Assembly: GCF_009914755.1 (NCBI RefSeq)
Contig: NC_060933.1
DNA: 64,000 bases
Strand: one strand, 5' to 3'
From: the human T2T-CHM13v2.0 reference genome, Homo sapiens
Shown here one piece after another: positions 13,060 to 24,828 of the stretch. Positions within the stretch are counted from its first letter, which is position 1, and each line of letters starts with the position of its first letter. The notes beneath the pieces are model-generated. The model saw only the letters and a list, made by a program, of their open reading frames with translations, was not told the origin of the DNA and searched no databases. The translations under genes were made by a program, and so were the position numbers.

Positions 13060-13648
13060 AATCATAGAGACAGAAAGTGAAATGAAGGTTGCCACAGGCT
13101 GGGGGAGAGAGGGAAATGGGGAGTTACTGCTTAAATGGTGCACTAGTCCATTAGCACCGCTCTAACAGAATACTACACACTGGGTTGCTTAAAAACAGCA
13201 GACATCTATTTCTCACAGTTCTGGAATCTTGGAAGTCCAGATCAAAGTGCCAGCAGGTTCGATGTTGGATGAGGGCCCGATTTCTGGTCCTTCCTTCTCG
13301 TTGTGTCCTCACAAAGTGGAAGGGATAAGGCAGCTCTCCTCTTTTATGAAGGCACTGATCCCATTCACGAGGGCTCAGCCCTTATGACCCAATCCCTTCC
13401 CAAAGGTTTCACTACCTAACACCATCACATTGGTGATTAGGTTTCAACAGAGGAAGTTTCGTGGGACACAAACGTTCAGATCATAGCAAATGGGTATGAA
13501 GTTTCCACTTGAGGAGATGAAAATACTTGGGAGATGGATGGTGGTGATGGTTACACAACAGCGTGAATGTACTTAATGTCACTGTACCATACACTTAAAA
13601 ATGGTGAAAATGGTAAGTTTTATAAACATGTATATTTTACCACAAAAA
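13060..13648 (+). mobile_element. L1MB-type 3' end split by an MLT1A LTR
   Basis: CATAGAGACAGAAAGT...GGGAAATGGGGAGTTACTGCTTAAATGG resumes after the LTR as AATGGGTATGAAGTTTC...CACTTAAAAATGGT...TATTTTACCACAA. Confidence 0.8.
13139..13488 (-). mobile_element. MaLR solo LTR (MLT1A-like)
   Basis: TG...CA ends with perfect 5-bp TSD AATGG (13134-13138 / 13489-13493); TATTTCTCACAGTTCTGGA hallmark. Confidence 0.9.
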
Positions 13649-13944
13649 CCATAAACCCAAACCAGAAAACTCACTTATTTCCATTGTAAAAGGAGGCGTC
13701 AGAGCTTAACAGTGGGATTTGAAGTTACCGGTCACTGTTCAAGTTCTGTAGCATTAACCCGATAGCTGTTTCCGCACTCTTCTGGTAACTCCATTAAACA
13801 ATTAAACGGGAATGGAAATAATTAAAATGCCAAATTCCCCAGCCTACTTCTTAAGCCATCCAGAAATTAGGCCTTAGTGTAGGAGACAGGAGGAGGGCCC
13901 AGCTCTATTCCAAGGTAAGTCAGCATGGCCCAAAGTCTAAATCA

Positions 13945-14152
13945 GGGCTTTTATGTAACTCATTGCAACCAGAAGTAGTTGGGAGCTTGCAGAACCCACC
14001 AGTGTCTGAGACCTTCATCCCTCAGGAGTCTTATTTAATTGGTCGGGGTGAAGGGGGGCGGGCTGGGAGGGGGTGGTGGGGAGAGCCCAAACATCAGTAT
14101 TTTCAAAGACTCTCTTGGGGGTTCTAATTCGCCATCAGAGTTGAGAGCTGCA
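13945..14152. mobile_element. MER5A1-like hAT MITE with an expanded G-rich core
   Basis: GGGAGCTT...TTATTTAATTGGTCGGGGTG...CATCAGTATTTTCAAAGACTCTC...TTCTAAT...AGAGTTGAGAGCTGCAG. Confidence 0.55.
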
Positions 14153-14614
14153 GTTTAGAGAGGACACATCTTGAAGTGTAACACCACTGATCATCTCTTC
14201 TTCCGGATTTCAGGAAAAGAGTAAGTTCTGTCTTCTGCAGCAGATAAAGCAAATGACTAGTCCAAGTTTTTATATTGTAGATGTCATAACTGGGATAGGC
14301 TAGATCTTAAATATGAAACAAAAACACAGTACACATTTTGCCTATGTTGGGAGCTCGGGGGGATGCTTGGAAGAAATGGAAACAGCCGAGAGAGCGCCAA
14401 GCTGGGGCTGGGGAAGTAGCATCGCTCCTGTACAAGGCCCGAGGGCAGCCGGCACACCAAAGCAGTGTGAGGACAGCTTGCTGCCATCCCACGAGGGCTT
14501 CATTACAAAGGGATTCCAGGACAAAAGTCACTTCCCAAGTCAGTAGGGAGAAAATAATCATGATGTAGGCAGTCCTATTTGTGTTTGTTTCATCTCATCA
14601 ATAGAAAGGTGCCC

Positions 14615-14786
14615 TTTATTTTTTATTTTTATTGTTTTGAGACAAGGTCTCACTCTGTCACCCAGGCTGGAGTGAAGTGGAGAAATCATGGCTCACTGCA
14701 GCTTTGACCTCCCGGGTTCAAGTGATCCTCCTGACTCAGCTTCCCAAAGTGTTGGTATTACAGATGTGAGCCACTGTGCCTGGACC
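14615..14786 (-). mobile_element. Free right Alu monomer (FRAM-like)
   Basis: Single antisense monomer with a T-rich tail. Confidence 0.82.
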
Positions 14787-15479
14787 TCTCTATTTTATAT
14801 ACCATGAAAAAAGAAAAAACATAGGCTCCGTACTCAAATATAACACAGCATTTCAAACCACTTAGGTTGATTTACTACTTATTGAAAGAGCTCTTTTAGG
14901 CTTATTTAAATAGAGATTATTATCTTTATATCATTCTTGTGCTTATACAAGAAAGAAAACAGAAACATTAGTTATGGACTTGCTAAACCTTCTTTACATA
15001 CAGAGCATGATCAGCTGAATAATTTTCTTGACGCAAAGCTGTCGATGTCCAGGATCGTCCTCTAGGCTGCCAGGAGGAGAGGGCTGGGGCCGCAGCACTT
15101 CAGAAAGATGGCTGCACTGTGGTCGCTGGGGCTTCCTTTGAAGTCTGAAACCCACTCAGCAAGATCTGAGCTGATGCTTCCCTCACCTCCCGTGCAGGTG
15201 AGAATGGAAGGCGTATGGCCTACAGCCGGGACTCCTCTTCCTTCCTGAAACAGTCCTCAAATGCCTGGTTGACAAAAACATCAAGCTCATGGTCTCGACT
15301 CTAGACATACCATCAAGCTTTCAGGAACAATAGGCATGGCAGGAGATGACAGCCACATCACACCTGTCTCCAGCCTGTAGTGGTTGTGAGAGTCACTGGC
15401 TGTAGCGTGCCTCCTGATTTCAGAGATGTGAAATTATGAAAGGATGTGTACATTTTAAATGGATGAAATAGGGTGTTTA

Positions 15480-15710
15480 TATCCATCATGAATTGAATGC
15501 CTGCCATGGGTCAGGCATTGTGTTAAAATGACAGGGGTGGTGTAATTCACACTCTCTAACAATCTCCAAGGTGCACATGATCTTATCATTTCATAGAAGG
15601 ACAAACCGAAGCTCAGAGAGGCTAAGATCTCATCCAAACCACACTGCTTAAAAGAGGCTGATTAGAATTTGCACTGAGGGCTGTGTTTCTTGAAAGCCTA
15701 TGTCTTTCCA
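15480..15710 (-). mobile_element. MIR/L2-type fragment
   Basis: TCATTTCATAGAAGGACAAACCGAAGCTCAGAGAGGCTAAG antisense MIR core. Confidence 0.6.
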
Positions 15711-16199
15711 GCTGACCAGGATGCCTAATTCTTGTCAGTGGAAGGGGATATGGGAAGTAGAGCCCAACCTTCAGGAAGTTGGAACTGGCAAGGAGCCAGG
15801 TCCATGCCTAAGCAAAGGGGTTGTTTAGGACAGGACTTTGGCCCCAGTAGGGTACTGGTAGGGAGTAGGGGGCAAGTAAAATGATCTGAAGAAGGCAGGG
15901 GCCAGGAAAGAGGGTGCAGTCCAGCCTCATAACATCCGACCCCAGCTCAACTCCCTGTCCCATCAAACCCTGGCCAGGAGACATTCAAGGGCTAGGCCTG
16001 GCTGAAGGGTCCTTCAGGGAGGTAAGGGCTGGCTCAGAAGGACAGAGAAGATGAGTATGTATCTCCATAAAAACTAATCAAACTTAGAATAAATAAAATT
16101 GATTTCGAAGATAGCTGAAAAGGCTGTAGATTGCCAGGGAAGAAGCTGGAATATAAGCAAACTGCATATGTATAATATTTGAGTGTATATATTCTATTA

Positions 16200-16400
16200 A
16201 GAATGTAGATGCTGAGTTCAGATCCCAGATCTGTCTCTTATCATTCCTAGCCATATGACCTTGGGCAAGTTATTCAATTGTCTAGACCCTCAGTTTTCAA
16301 ATCTGTAAAATGGGTACTATAATAGTCTCTGCCTCATAGAGCTGTTATGAACTAATGGATGTCAAGCGTTTTAAACAGTGCCTGTTGGGCAGTGAGGGTT
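16200..16400 (+). mobile_element. MIR SINE
   Basis: TGACCTTGGGCAAGTTATTCAA...CCTCAGTTTTCAAATCTGTAAAATGGG...CCTCATAGAGCTGTTATGA. Confidence 0.85.
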
Positions 16401-16959
16401 TATAACCACCTACTTGAGTGGTTACTGATGTGGCGTGGAATGATAGATCTCCATTTCATATGGTCGAAAGTTACCCCGAGGAGCAAGAAACTTCAGGCTT
16501 GTCCTTCGTTTTATCTCCCCATTGCCAGTGAAGTTCCCCAGAGGCCCAAGGAGACCCTGCTGATCATGTGGAGGTACAGGCAAGGGGCTGTCTCTCACTC
16601 GGCAGCTTGGGGGAATTGATACATCCACATGGCAAACAGCTGTGAATGCTGTCGCCTCCCACTGGTGTAGGTTCTACTGGAGAATAAGAAAGCTTCTCAC
16701 TGGCACCTGAAAACTATCTGGAGGATTCCTGATGTGGTGGGAATGCTCAGATGGAAAAGGATTTGCCTCAACTGTACTCTTTGTTCTTAAAGTTCCTGGG
16801 AAAGGAGCAGACTTGGTGGATTCAAGGTAAGAAATGAGATGACAACAGTAGGGCCTGGGTCCACGAGGCCCTTTGCTTCTGTGTCTATTCACTGGAGATT
16901 AGATATAATCTGGTTATTAGCAGACAGAAATAAAAGACTAATCAGAGTCCGTTAATAAT

Positions 16960-17185
16960 GGAAACACTTAATATTTACAACCCCTTACTCTGCAATGGTA
17001 CCTGTTATAAACACTTGGCCTCTATTAGTTCATAAAAGCTGTATGAGGTAGATACTATTATAGTACTCGTTTTACAGATTTGAAAACGGGGGGTGTGGAA
17101 GATTGAATAATTTGCCCAAGGTCAGATGGCTAGAAATGACAAGAGACAGACTTGGAATCTGAACTCAGCATCTACATTCTTAATA
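16960..17185 (-). mobile_element. MIR SINE
   Basis: TATGAGGTAGATACTATTATAGTACTCGTTTTACAGAT...AATAATTTGCCCAAGGTCAGATGGCTAG. Confidence 0.75.
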
Positions 17186-17202
17186 GAACATATATATTCA
17201 AA

Positions 17203-18718
17203 TGTTAATGGCAACGGCAGCCCATCTGGAATGGTAGCTGTGAAGACTCTGGCTGCCACCAGGAAGACACCACCGGGGCTGCATGCTCCATGGAGCCAGT
17301 GGGAGCTGGACACAGGTGGGAGCCCCACCCTCTCTGGCAGCTACAGCAGCCCAGCTGTGGCTGCAGACCTGGGCATCCGTGAGCTCTTGGGCACCAAGAA
17401 GCCCCCTTTCCCTGCAGGCTCAAAAGCCCCCTTTCCCTGCAGGCTCAGAAGTGCCTGCTCCTACTGCCTGGCCTCTCTCCACTCCCAGTGCCTGCTCCAG
17501 GGCTGAGCAAAGTTGTGGCCAACCCTGGGTGCTGTCACAACCCAACCAGGTGTGCATACACTCAGGGCAGCACTCACATGCCAGACCCCTGTCGCCTGGA
17601 CCCCATCTGGACTTTGGGCACTGATGAGCACAGGATGGAGGCCAAGGGTGGGGATGAGGCCCTGCAGGTGCCCCTTGGCACAAACAGCCTGGGTGCTGTG
17701 GATGGTATGTAGATGGCAGCAGGAGGCAGACAAGCTCCTGGGTAGAAAGGGGCAGGTCTACCTGATGAAGCCCCACCTTCAAGCCAGGAACGTCCTGAAG
17801 CATGGGGCCCAGGCTGTCACTTCCAGGTGGACTCCAAGGTCCAGAGTGAGAATTTATGGTGCTTTTTCTGAGCCCACCCATGGCAGCCCATGGACCAATT
17901 GGCACACACTTCCTCTGCTCTGAAGTACATAAAATCCCAGACTCAGCCACAATCTCACAGACTAAAGAACGACCTGCCTGCGGAAAGGAGCTACCATCTC
18001 CAGGTCTCCTCTGAGCTGTTCTGTTACTCAGTGAAGCTCCTCTTCACCTTGCTCACCCTCCAGTTGGCCGTGTACCTCATTCTTCCTGGACACGGGACAA
18101 AAACTTGGGTCCTGCTGAATAGCGGGACTGAAAGAGCTGTAACACAAACAGGGCTGAAACACACCTCCCTACTCACCGTGTTGTGGATGAGAAGGAGAGA
18201 AGAGTGGTAGCCTTTTGGGGAGCCCAGACCTAGGGGCTCCCTGAAGCAGGGCTGTGACACCCTTTTTGGGGCTCTGTGGTTTCTGGCATTTCCAAGCTTC
18301 CAGGTGCCACCTGCAGTCCCCTTGTCCAGACGCATATGCCTACACAGAAGTCTCTTGAGGTGCACCTGATCCAGCTGCAGGTTTGCACAGAGCTGGCACC
18401 TGTGCCAGCACCTGAAGCTGCCCACCCGTGCCAGCACCTGAAGCTGCCCACCCCACTGAAGCAGCCAGTGTGACTGTCAGTGTCCATGGCTGTGCACAGT
18501 GGCCGAACCCCACGCTTGCTCACACATGCACCCCTCACCACTCTGTGCCTGGCTCACCCTTGACAGGTATAGGATCCAGGCCAGTAGCACAAGCCATGTG
18601 CAACCTGCCAGGCCGAGTAAGCAGAATGAGCCCAAAAGGCCTGAGCAAAATTCTAGCAAAGGTGCCACTGGTCACAGAGGCTTCTGGCTGGAAAAGAGAC
18701 ACCCCAAGGACTGTGACA
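17203..18718 (+). mobile_element. ERV1 solo LTR (MER52A-like), ~1.5 kb
   Basis: GC-rich, CpG-decayed LTR from GGCAACGGCAGCCCATCTGGA to GACACCCCAAGGACTGTGACA matching recalled MER52; internal tandem duplications 17399-17447 and 18402-18453; TSD not clean. Confidence 0.85.
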
Positions 18719-18809
18719 ATATTATACATATGCAGTTATGCTTACATTCCAGCTTCTATCTTCCCTGGCAACTTACATTTGTATAACATTTTCAGCTATC
18801 TTAAAATTT

Positions 18810-20125
18810 TTTTTTTATTTTTAGTTTGATGAGTTTTTATGGAGATACATACCCGTGTAACCACCACCATTACCAAGATATACAACAGTTTCATCACTCC
18901 AGAAAGTTCCCTTATACTACTTTACAGTCAGTCCTAAGTCTGCTCTGACCCCAGGCAACCACTGGTCTGCTTTCTGTCACTACAGATGAGTTTAGTATTT
19001 TCTAGAATCTACATAAATGTAATCATACTGAATATATTCATTTGTATCTGGTTTCTTTTGCTCAGCATAATGTTTGTGAAACTTATCCATGTTGTGTGTA
19101 AGTGGTTTGTTCCTTTTTATTACTGAGTAGTATTACAGTGTGTGGATATACCATTGTTTGTTTACACCATCAGGTGTTGATAAAAATTTAGGATATTTTC
19201 AATTTCTGGTTATTCTGAATAAAGCTGCAGTAAACTTTTGGTACAAGTTTTTGTAGGAGCATATGTCCTTATTTTTCTAGATCAGATACATAGAAGTAGA
19301 ATTGCTGGATCATTTGGCAATGATCACACATTTTATTTACAAGAAACTGCCAGACTGTTTTCCAAAGTGGTTGTTCACCTTAGGGTCCCACCAGCAGTGT
19401 GTGAAAGTCTCCATATCCTCGCCAACACTTAGTAAATTTTAGCCATTCTTACTGGTGTGTAGAGATAATTCGGTGGTTTTAATTTGCTTTTTCCTAATAA
19501 CTAAGGATGCTGAGCACATTTTCATGTATTTATTGACCATTTATACATTTTCTTTTGTGACATGTCTGTTCTTTTGTGACATGTTCATTTGCATCCTCCT
19601 CTCTTTTAACAAAAATGGGGAGTCATCTTATTTTTGAGTGATAGGAGATGTTTATGTATTCTAGACTCGAGTTCTTTCTCAGATATATGCATTGTGAATA
19701 TTTTTCTCCCTCCCACATTGTGTGTGGCCTCTTTATCCTTTAATGGTGACTTTTAAGAAGCAGAGATTTCAAATTTTGATAAAGTTCAATTTATCATATT
19801 TCTTCATTTATGTCTGTGTGTTCCTTCCTTACTCCAAAGTTGCAAAGATATTTCCCCATGTTTATCTCTGGAAACTTTATAGCTGTAGTTTGACACTTAG
19901 GTCCATATCCATTGTGAGTTAATTTTGATTTGATGGAAGGTACGGCGGAAGTTCATTATTTTGCACATGGGTGTCCAATTGTCCCATGGCTATTTGTTAA
20001 AAACACAAAACAGAATCTTCTCAGCACCAAATGACCTGGCACTTTGTGTGGGCCTGTCTTTGAGCCCTCTTCTTGGTTTCCATTGATCTATTTGTCTGTC
20101 TGGATTACTATGGTGCTATCATAAA
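18810..20125 (-). mobile_element. L1MB/L1ME 3' fragment
   Basis: CCCGTGTAACCACCACC...CCAGAAAGTTCCCTT...CCCAGGCAACCACTG...AGAAGTAGAATTGCTGGATCAT...AAACTGCCAGACTGTTTTCCAAAGTGG. Confidence 0.85.
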
Positions 20126-22086
20126 TCACAACATTTTATTGTTTACAAATGCCTTTTTCAGGTAACAGTGGCATCCCAGCCCTTCTGTTTTCTCATAAAA
20201 TCATGATGACAAATGATTCATCCCAGGTCACACAACTGAAAAAATGGCATAGTCAGAAACTGATACTGAGGGTTCTCACCCCAAGAAGATCTGCCTCTCG
20301 AGGCCTGAGGGGAATTCTACAGCAAAACCTGCAGCCCTAAACTCCTGCAGTTGAAAGCCTGGGATTCTGTTTAACAATAATGAAAATCTTCAATCAGCAC
20401 CAAAGTGGAAATCACGCACTAATTGGAGTTCAATGATGCAGATAATATGGATTGGAGTACGCTGGCTGACAGAGAACTCCCCAGCAGCTGAGGCACTTTC
20501 TCTGCATTTCAGCACTAGCAACAGAACCCAGAACAAAAAGGTAAGAGACAGAAGCTGTTGGGAAAATTGTGTTCCCCGTATCTGTGCATTTCATTTCTAC
20601 CTGCAATCCAGACCCCTGAAGAATGAACTGTGGACAGACTTCATCATCACGAACACTCAGAATCCTCTGTGAGTGAGAAGGACTGTGGACCAGCAGCCAC
20701 TGCTGAGCAGTGTCAAGGGTACATCCTTTGCTTTGGAGAGAAAGTCATCACATTCCTCGCCATTGGTCTAAAAGTTAAATTTGGCTAAATGCTTTAAAAT
20801 GTTCAAGTTACTTAATAAGTAACCATGACAAATGAGGCAAACCTGATTTTGTCCTTCAGTGTTCGGTCATCCCTTTAAGAGGAATGACTAAAACATAATA
20901 ATACTCTTAAGGTGATCTCATTCTCTAAAAACATTCCTTTATATCATGTTTCTACATAAGCATCTCATCCATGTAGCTGTTAACTTCAAAATTAACTCAG
21001 TCATTTAATTTAGTTCTGTTTCAAGTAACTAAGTCCTTTGTAACTCCATGGAAGGAAAATAAATACGAATCAACTTCATTATTTTTTTCAGGAGAATTTG
21101 ATATTTTCACTGTTTATGATTCACAGCAGTACTGAAATCCAAAAGTAAACTGTATAACTAATTATGTCATTTAAAGAATGATTCCAAATGATTCAATTCA
21201 TGGAAAGCTGTTATGAGAAAATGAAAGAAAAGTAAAATGGGAGAAATTTCAAATTCAAAGTAAAACTTACAGGGTTTTTATTTCAGTTTTAAAACATGTC
21301 AGGTTTTCACTGCCTCATTGGCCGTTCCATGAGTTTAAGGGGGTAACATCTTGATGATGAGGATGCCCCAGGGGACACCAACGGAGAAAGTTTGTGCAAA
21401 CACTGTGAGACCAGCAGACCTGGAAGGAAATAAATAGCTCACCCTAACCTCCCACTTTACAGATGATGAAATTGAGGTCCAGACTTGGGAAGTGAGGACA
21501 ACTTGGGTGGTCCAGTATTGAATAGGCAGCGGGAAAAGTCGGGTGGGGAGGGTGAGACATTTAGAAAAGAGAAGGAGGAAAAGTTATCAGATTTGGTGAG
21601 CAGAAAAAAAGGAGTTAAGTTAGCAAATTTAGAAATGAGAGTACTTCCATGTATCCTTATGGAGAGATAAAAAAAAAAAGCAAGAATAAACTGTAGAAAG
21701 TTTTGTATTTTTGCACTAAAAAAGTGAGGTGAGCCAAGAACACAGTGGGCTTTTAACCAAGTAGGATTAAGTTTCTAGCAATAGCCATACTAGGCATGCT
21801 GCACTTATCATGTTTTGTAACAATGAGTTACATTATAATGTGGGAGAAAAAGCACATTAAAGCAAAGTTAAAGGTCATTGGAATGGGGCAACATTTGGCT
21901 TACTGAGCTACTGCACCTTAGGAGGTAATCTGGGAAGGAGTTTGGGAGAGCTTTGTGTCAGGCACAGAATGAGATCACAAAAAGAAAAATACGATTTATG
22001 TATGAAAGGGTGGACTTAAGACTATGTTCCAAGAATGCTGTGGGTATCATGGGTCCATAAGTACCTTCTTGTTCTGACTTAGTCAT

Positions 22087-22477
22087 TGTAGTAGGCATTA
22101 CTAGTGCTCAACAATGCCCAGTTCTCTGGCCTTTCCTGGCCACCCACGACCCCTGTCCACTTGCAGATAGGTGGGGCCATGTGATCTGTTCTGGCCTATG
22201 GATTGTGAATGCAAGAGTCATGGGGAATCTATCACCAGTGAATGCAACTCTCCAGCTATCTCTTCCCCTTCTGAGGGGATCACAGTGCCAGGAGACATGG
22301 AATTAAAGAGGCATGGATTGCTGTGTCTCCACATCAAGGTAAGCTGTCCTTGAGAATCACCAGACCTACAGTGGACATTGCAAGAGTGAAGACTAAACAA
22401 ACACTATATATTTAGTCACTGAGATTTGGGGTTTGTTTCTTACTGCAGCAAGTGTGTACCCTAGGCTGACTAATACA
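22087..22477 (+). mobile_element. Old MaLR solo LTR (MLT1I/J2-like)
   Basis: TG...GACTAATACA termini, TSD (G/A)TCAT, GGTGGGGCCATGTGA and CACTGAGATTTGGGGTTTGTTT motifs. Confidence 0.75.
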
Positions 22478-22929
22478 ATCATCTCCTGTGGATGCATATC
22501 CACACCGTCTTGCTCATTCTATGTGGTAACATCATTGCCTGAAAGAAAACTTGGTCTGGGAAATTGCAATTCATTCTCCTGCTGATCCATGCAAGTTGAC
22601 TTGGGATTGTAGCAGGAAGGGTTGGACACAGCAAGAGTGTGGTTGTGAGTGTACAGTCATCCCACATTTTCTTTGTAAGGTCAGAGGAAAAGTTATGCTT
22701 TGCTGAAAACTGGAAAGTTCATGATGACTTGGGTGAAAGAAAAGAGATTTTGAGAACATTTAGAAACCTTTGAAATTTACCAAAATGGCAAGGGAAATAG
22801 CAGGAGTCCAATGTTTATGCAGTATATGCACTGAAGGGAAGCCGACCTGGAAGACTGGGGGAGGAGAAACCAGGAGGACCTACATGAAAGCAAGAGTGAT
22901 GGGTTCCTCAGACCTCCTTCCAACATGTC

Positions 22930-23520
22930 CAGTAGAGAGTGGGAGGAGAAACTTTGCAGTGAAAAAGCCTGATGAACATTACCTCAGTGGGGGGACCAAG
23001 GCCAACCCCAATGCTGAAAAGTCATGTTTATCGAGACTATGAGAATGAGGTCTTCCTCCCAATAACTCATAACCCCAGTTTTATCATGCGAAAATCCCCC
23101 AGAAAATTCAAGTAATAGGGCATGCTATGAAATACCTGGCCAGTACTCCTCCAAACAGTCAAGGTAATTGAAACAAGGAAAGCCTGAGAGACTGTCACAG
23201 CCAAGGGGTACCTAGGGAGACACAACAACTGGAGGTGATGTGGTTTCCTGGATGGAGTCCTGGAACAGAAAAGAAACGTTAGGGAAAAACTGGGGAAATC
23301 AGAATAAAGTCTGGCTTTTACTTAATAATGTATTGATACCGGCTCATTAATTGTAACGAGGTAATCATACTAATGAAAAATGTTAATCAGAGGGGAAACT
23401 GGCTGTGGGGAGAATGAGAACTCCCCATACTGTCTTCTCAGTTTTTCTGTAAATCTAAAACTGTTCTCAAAACAAGGAAGCCTGTTAAAAAGGAACAAAT
23501 AAATAAAGGGCAAAAAATAA
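22930..23520 (+). mobile_element. L1MC3-like 3' end
   Basis: AAACAAGGAAAGCCTGAGAGACTGTCACAG...TCCTGGAACAGAAAAG...TTTTCTGTAAATCTAAAACTGTTC plus A-rich tail. Confidence 0.8.
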
Positions 23521-23814
23521 AAAGGCAATTTTACCTGAGATGGTATCTGATGAGTATGCCCCAATAATGACCTATCCTCAGTTTCTTTACCCTAGGCCCA
23601 TTTTTCCTTTATGAAACCGATGCCGGAACTAAAGACATTTTGTGCTATGTTGTACTATTAGATGACTGCACTTAAAAAAAAAAACTGAGTTTATCTTTTC
23701 TGAACAAGTTAACAAACTCATTTTACTTAATGAAAGTCAAGTGGATATTTTTCTAAAAAGAGAAGGGGAAGGGAAAACAATTTTTGACTTAAAGAGGTAG
23801 GTATTTGCATCTTC

Positions 23815-23950
23815 ATTTTTTTTCACAAAGGAAACTGAGGCTTACAGAAGTTAAACAAAGTATCTGAAAGTTCTAGGTGTCGTAAACGGCAGAGCCAGGG
23901 GTCTTAGCCTATGTTTCCCTGCCTTGAAGCTCCTCCCTTTTCCATTCTCT
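23815..23950 (-). mobile_element. MIR fragment
   Basis: GGAAACTGAGGCTTACAGAAGTTAA...GTAAACGGCAGAGCCAGG. Confidence 0.6.
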
Positions 23951-24307
23951 GTGAGGCACACTAAATGCCCTCACACAGACAACAGGTGGTTACATGTCAT
24001 GTTTCCAGGCAAGGAGGGTGGTGGTTCTGGCCTGGGAAGTAACTCTGGGAGAGCCTGTTGTCCATAAGGAAGTGGGGTAGGCAATGAATAAATACATGAC
24101 TTTCAGGGCTCAAAAGACAGAGCCATTTTCTCCATCCTTTGGCTGCCTGAGTAACCTGTGACCTGCCTTCACTCTTCTTGGTATATTTTTCAGTCTCTAG
24201 GGTGGTTTTCCAAGTTTTATTTATTAAAATTTGTTCAAGTGAACTCACACGTCCAACAAGCAAAACTAGAGGATCCCTAGTTGAAATGAGGCTGGGTGTA
24301 CAACCCC

Positions 24308-24828
24308 TGTATCAGTCAGGGTCTTCCAGAGAAGCAGAGCCAATAGGATATAGACAGATGTATAGAAGAGGAGATTTGTGATGAGAATTAGATCATGTGA
24401 TTGTGGAGGTTGCGAAGTCCCATGACATGCCATCTGCAAGCTGGAGAACCAGGAAAGTTGGTGGTGTGATTCAGCCAAGTTCAAAGGCCTGAGAACTGGC
24501 AGAGGAGGGCCCTCGTGTAAGTCCAGAGTCTGAAGGCCTGAGAACCAGGAGCATCAATGTCCAAGGATGGGAGAGAACGGATGTCCTAGCCCAAGAAGAG
24601 AGAGAGTGAGAGTTCACTCTTCCTCTGCCTTTTGGTTCTATCTGAGCCCTCAATGGATTGGATGGTGCCTTCCCACACTGGTGAGGACAGACCTTCCTTA
24701 CTCAGTCCACTTATTTAAATTCTAATTTCATCTAAAAACATCCTCAATGACACACCCAAAGTAATGATTTCCAGCTGTCTGGGCATCCTTCAGCACAGTC
24801 AGATTGATACATAAAATTAACTATTACA
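24308..24828 (-). mobile_element. ERVL solo LTR (MLT2B-like)
   Basis: TGTATCAGTCAGGGTCTTCCAGAGAAGCAGAGCCAATAGGA...GATACATAAAATTAACTATTACA with perfect 5-bp TSD ACCCC. Confidence 0.9.

Noticed and set aside
17122-18829. Dense overlapping ORFs of 60-176 aa
   Set aside because: Explained by the GC-rich MER52 LTR; no gag, pol or env similarity recognised
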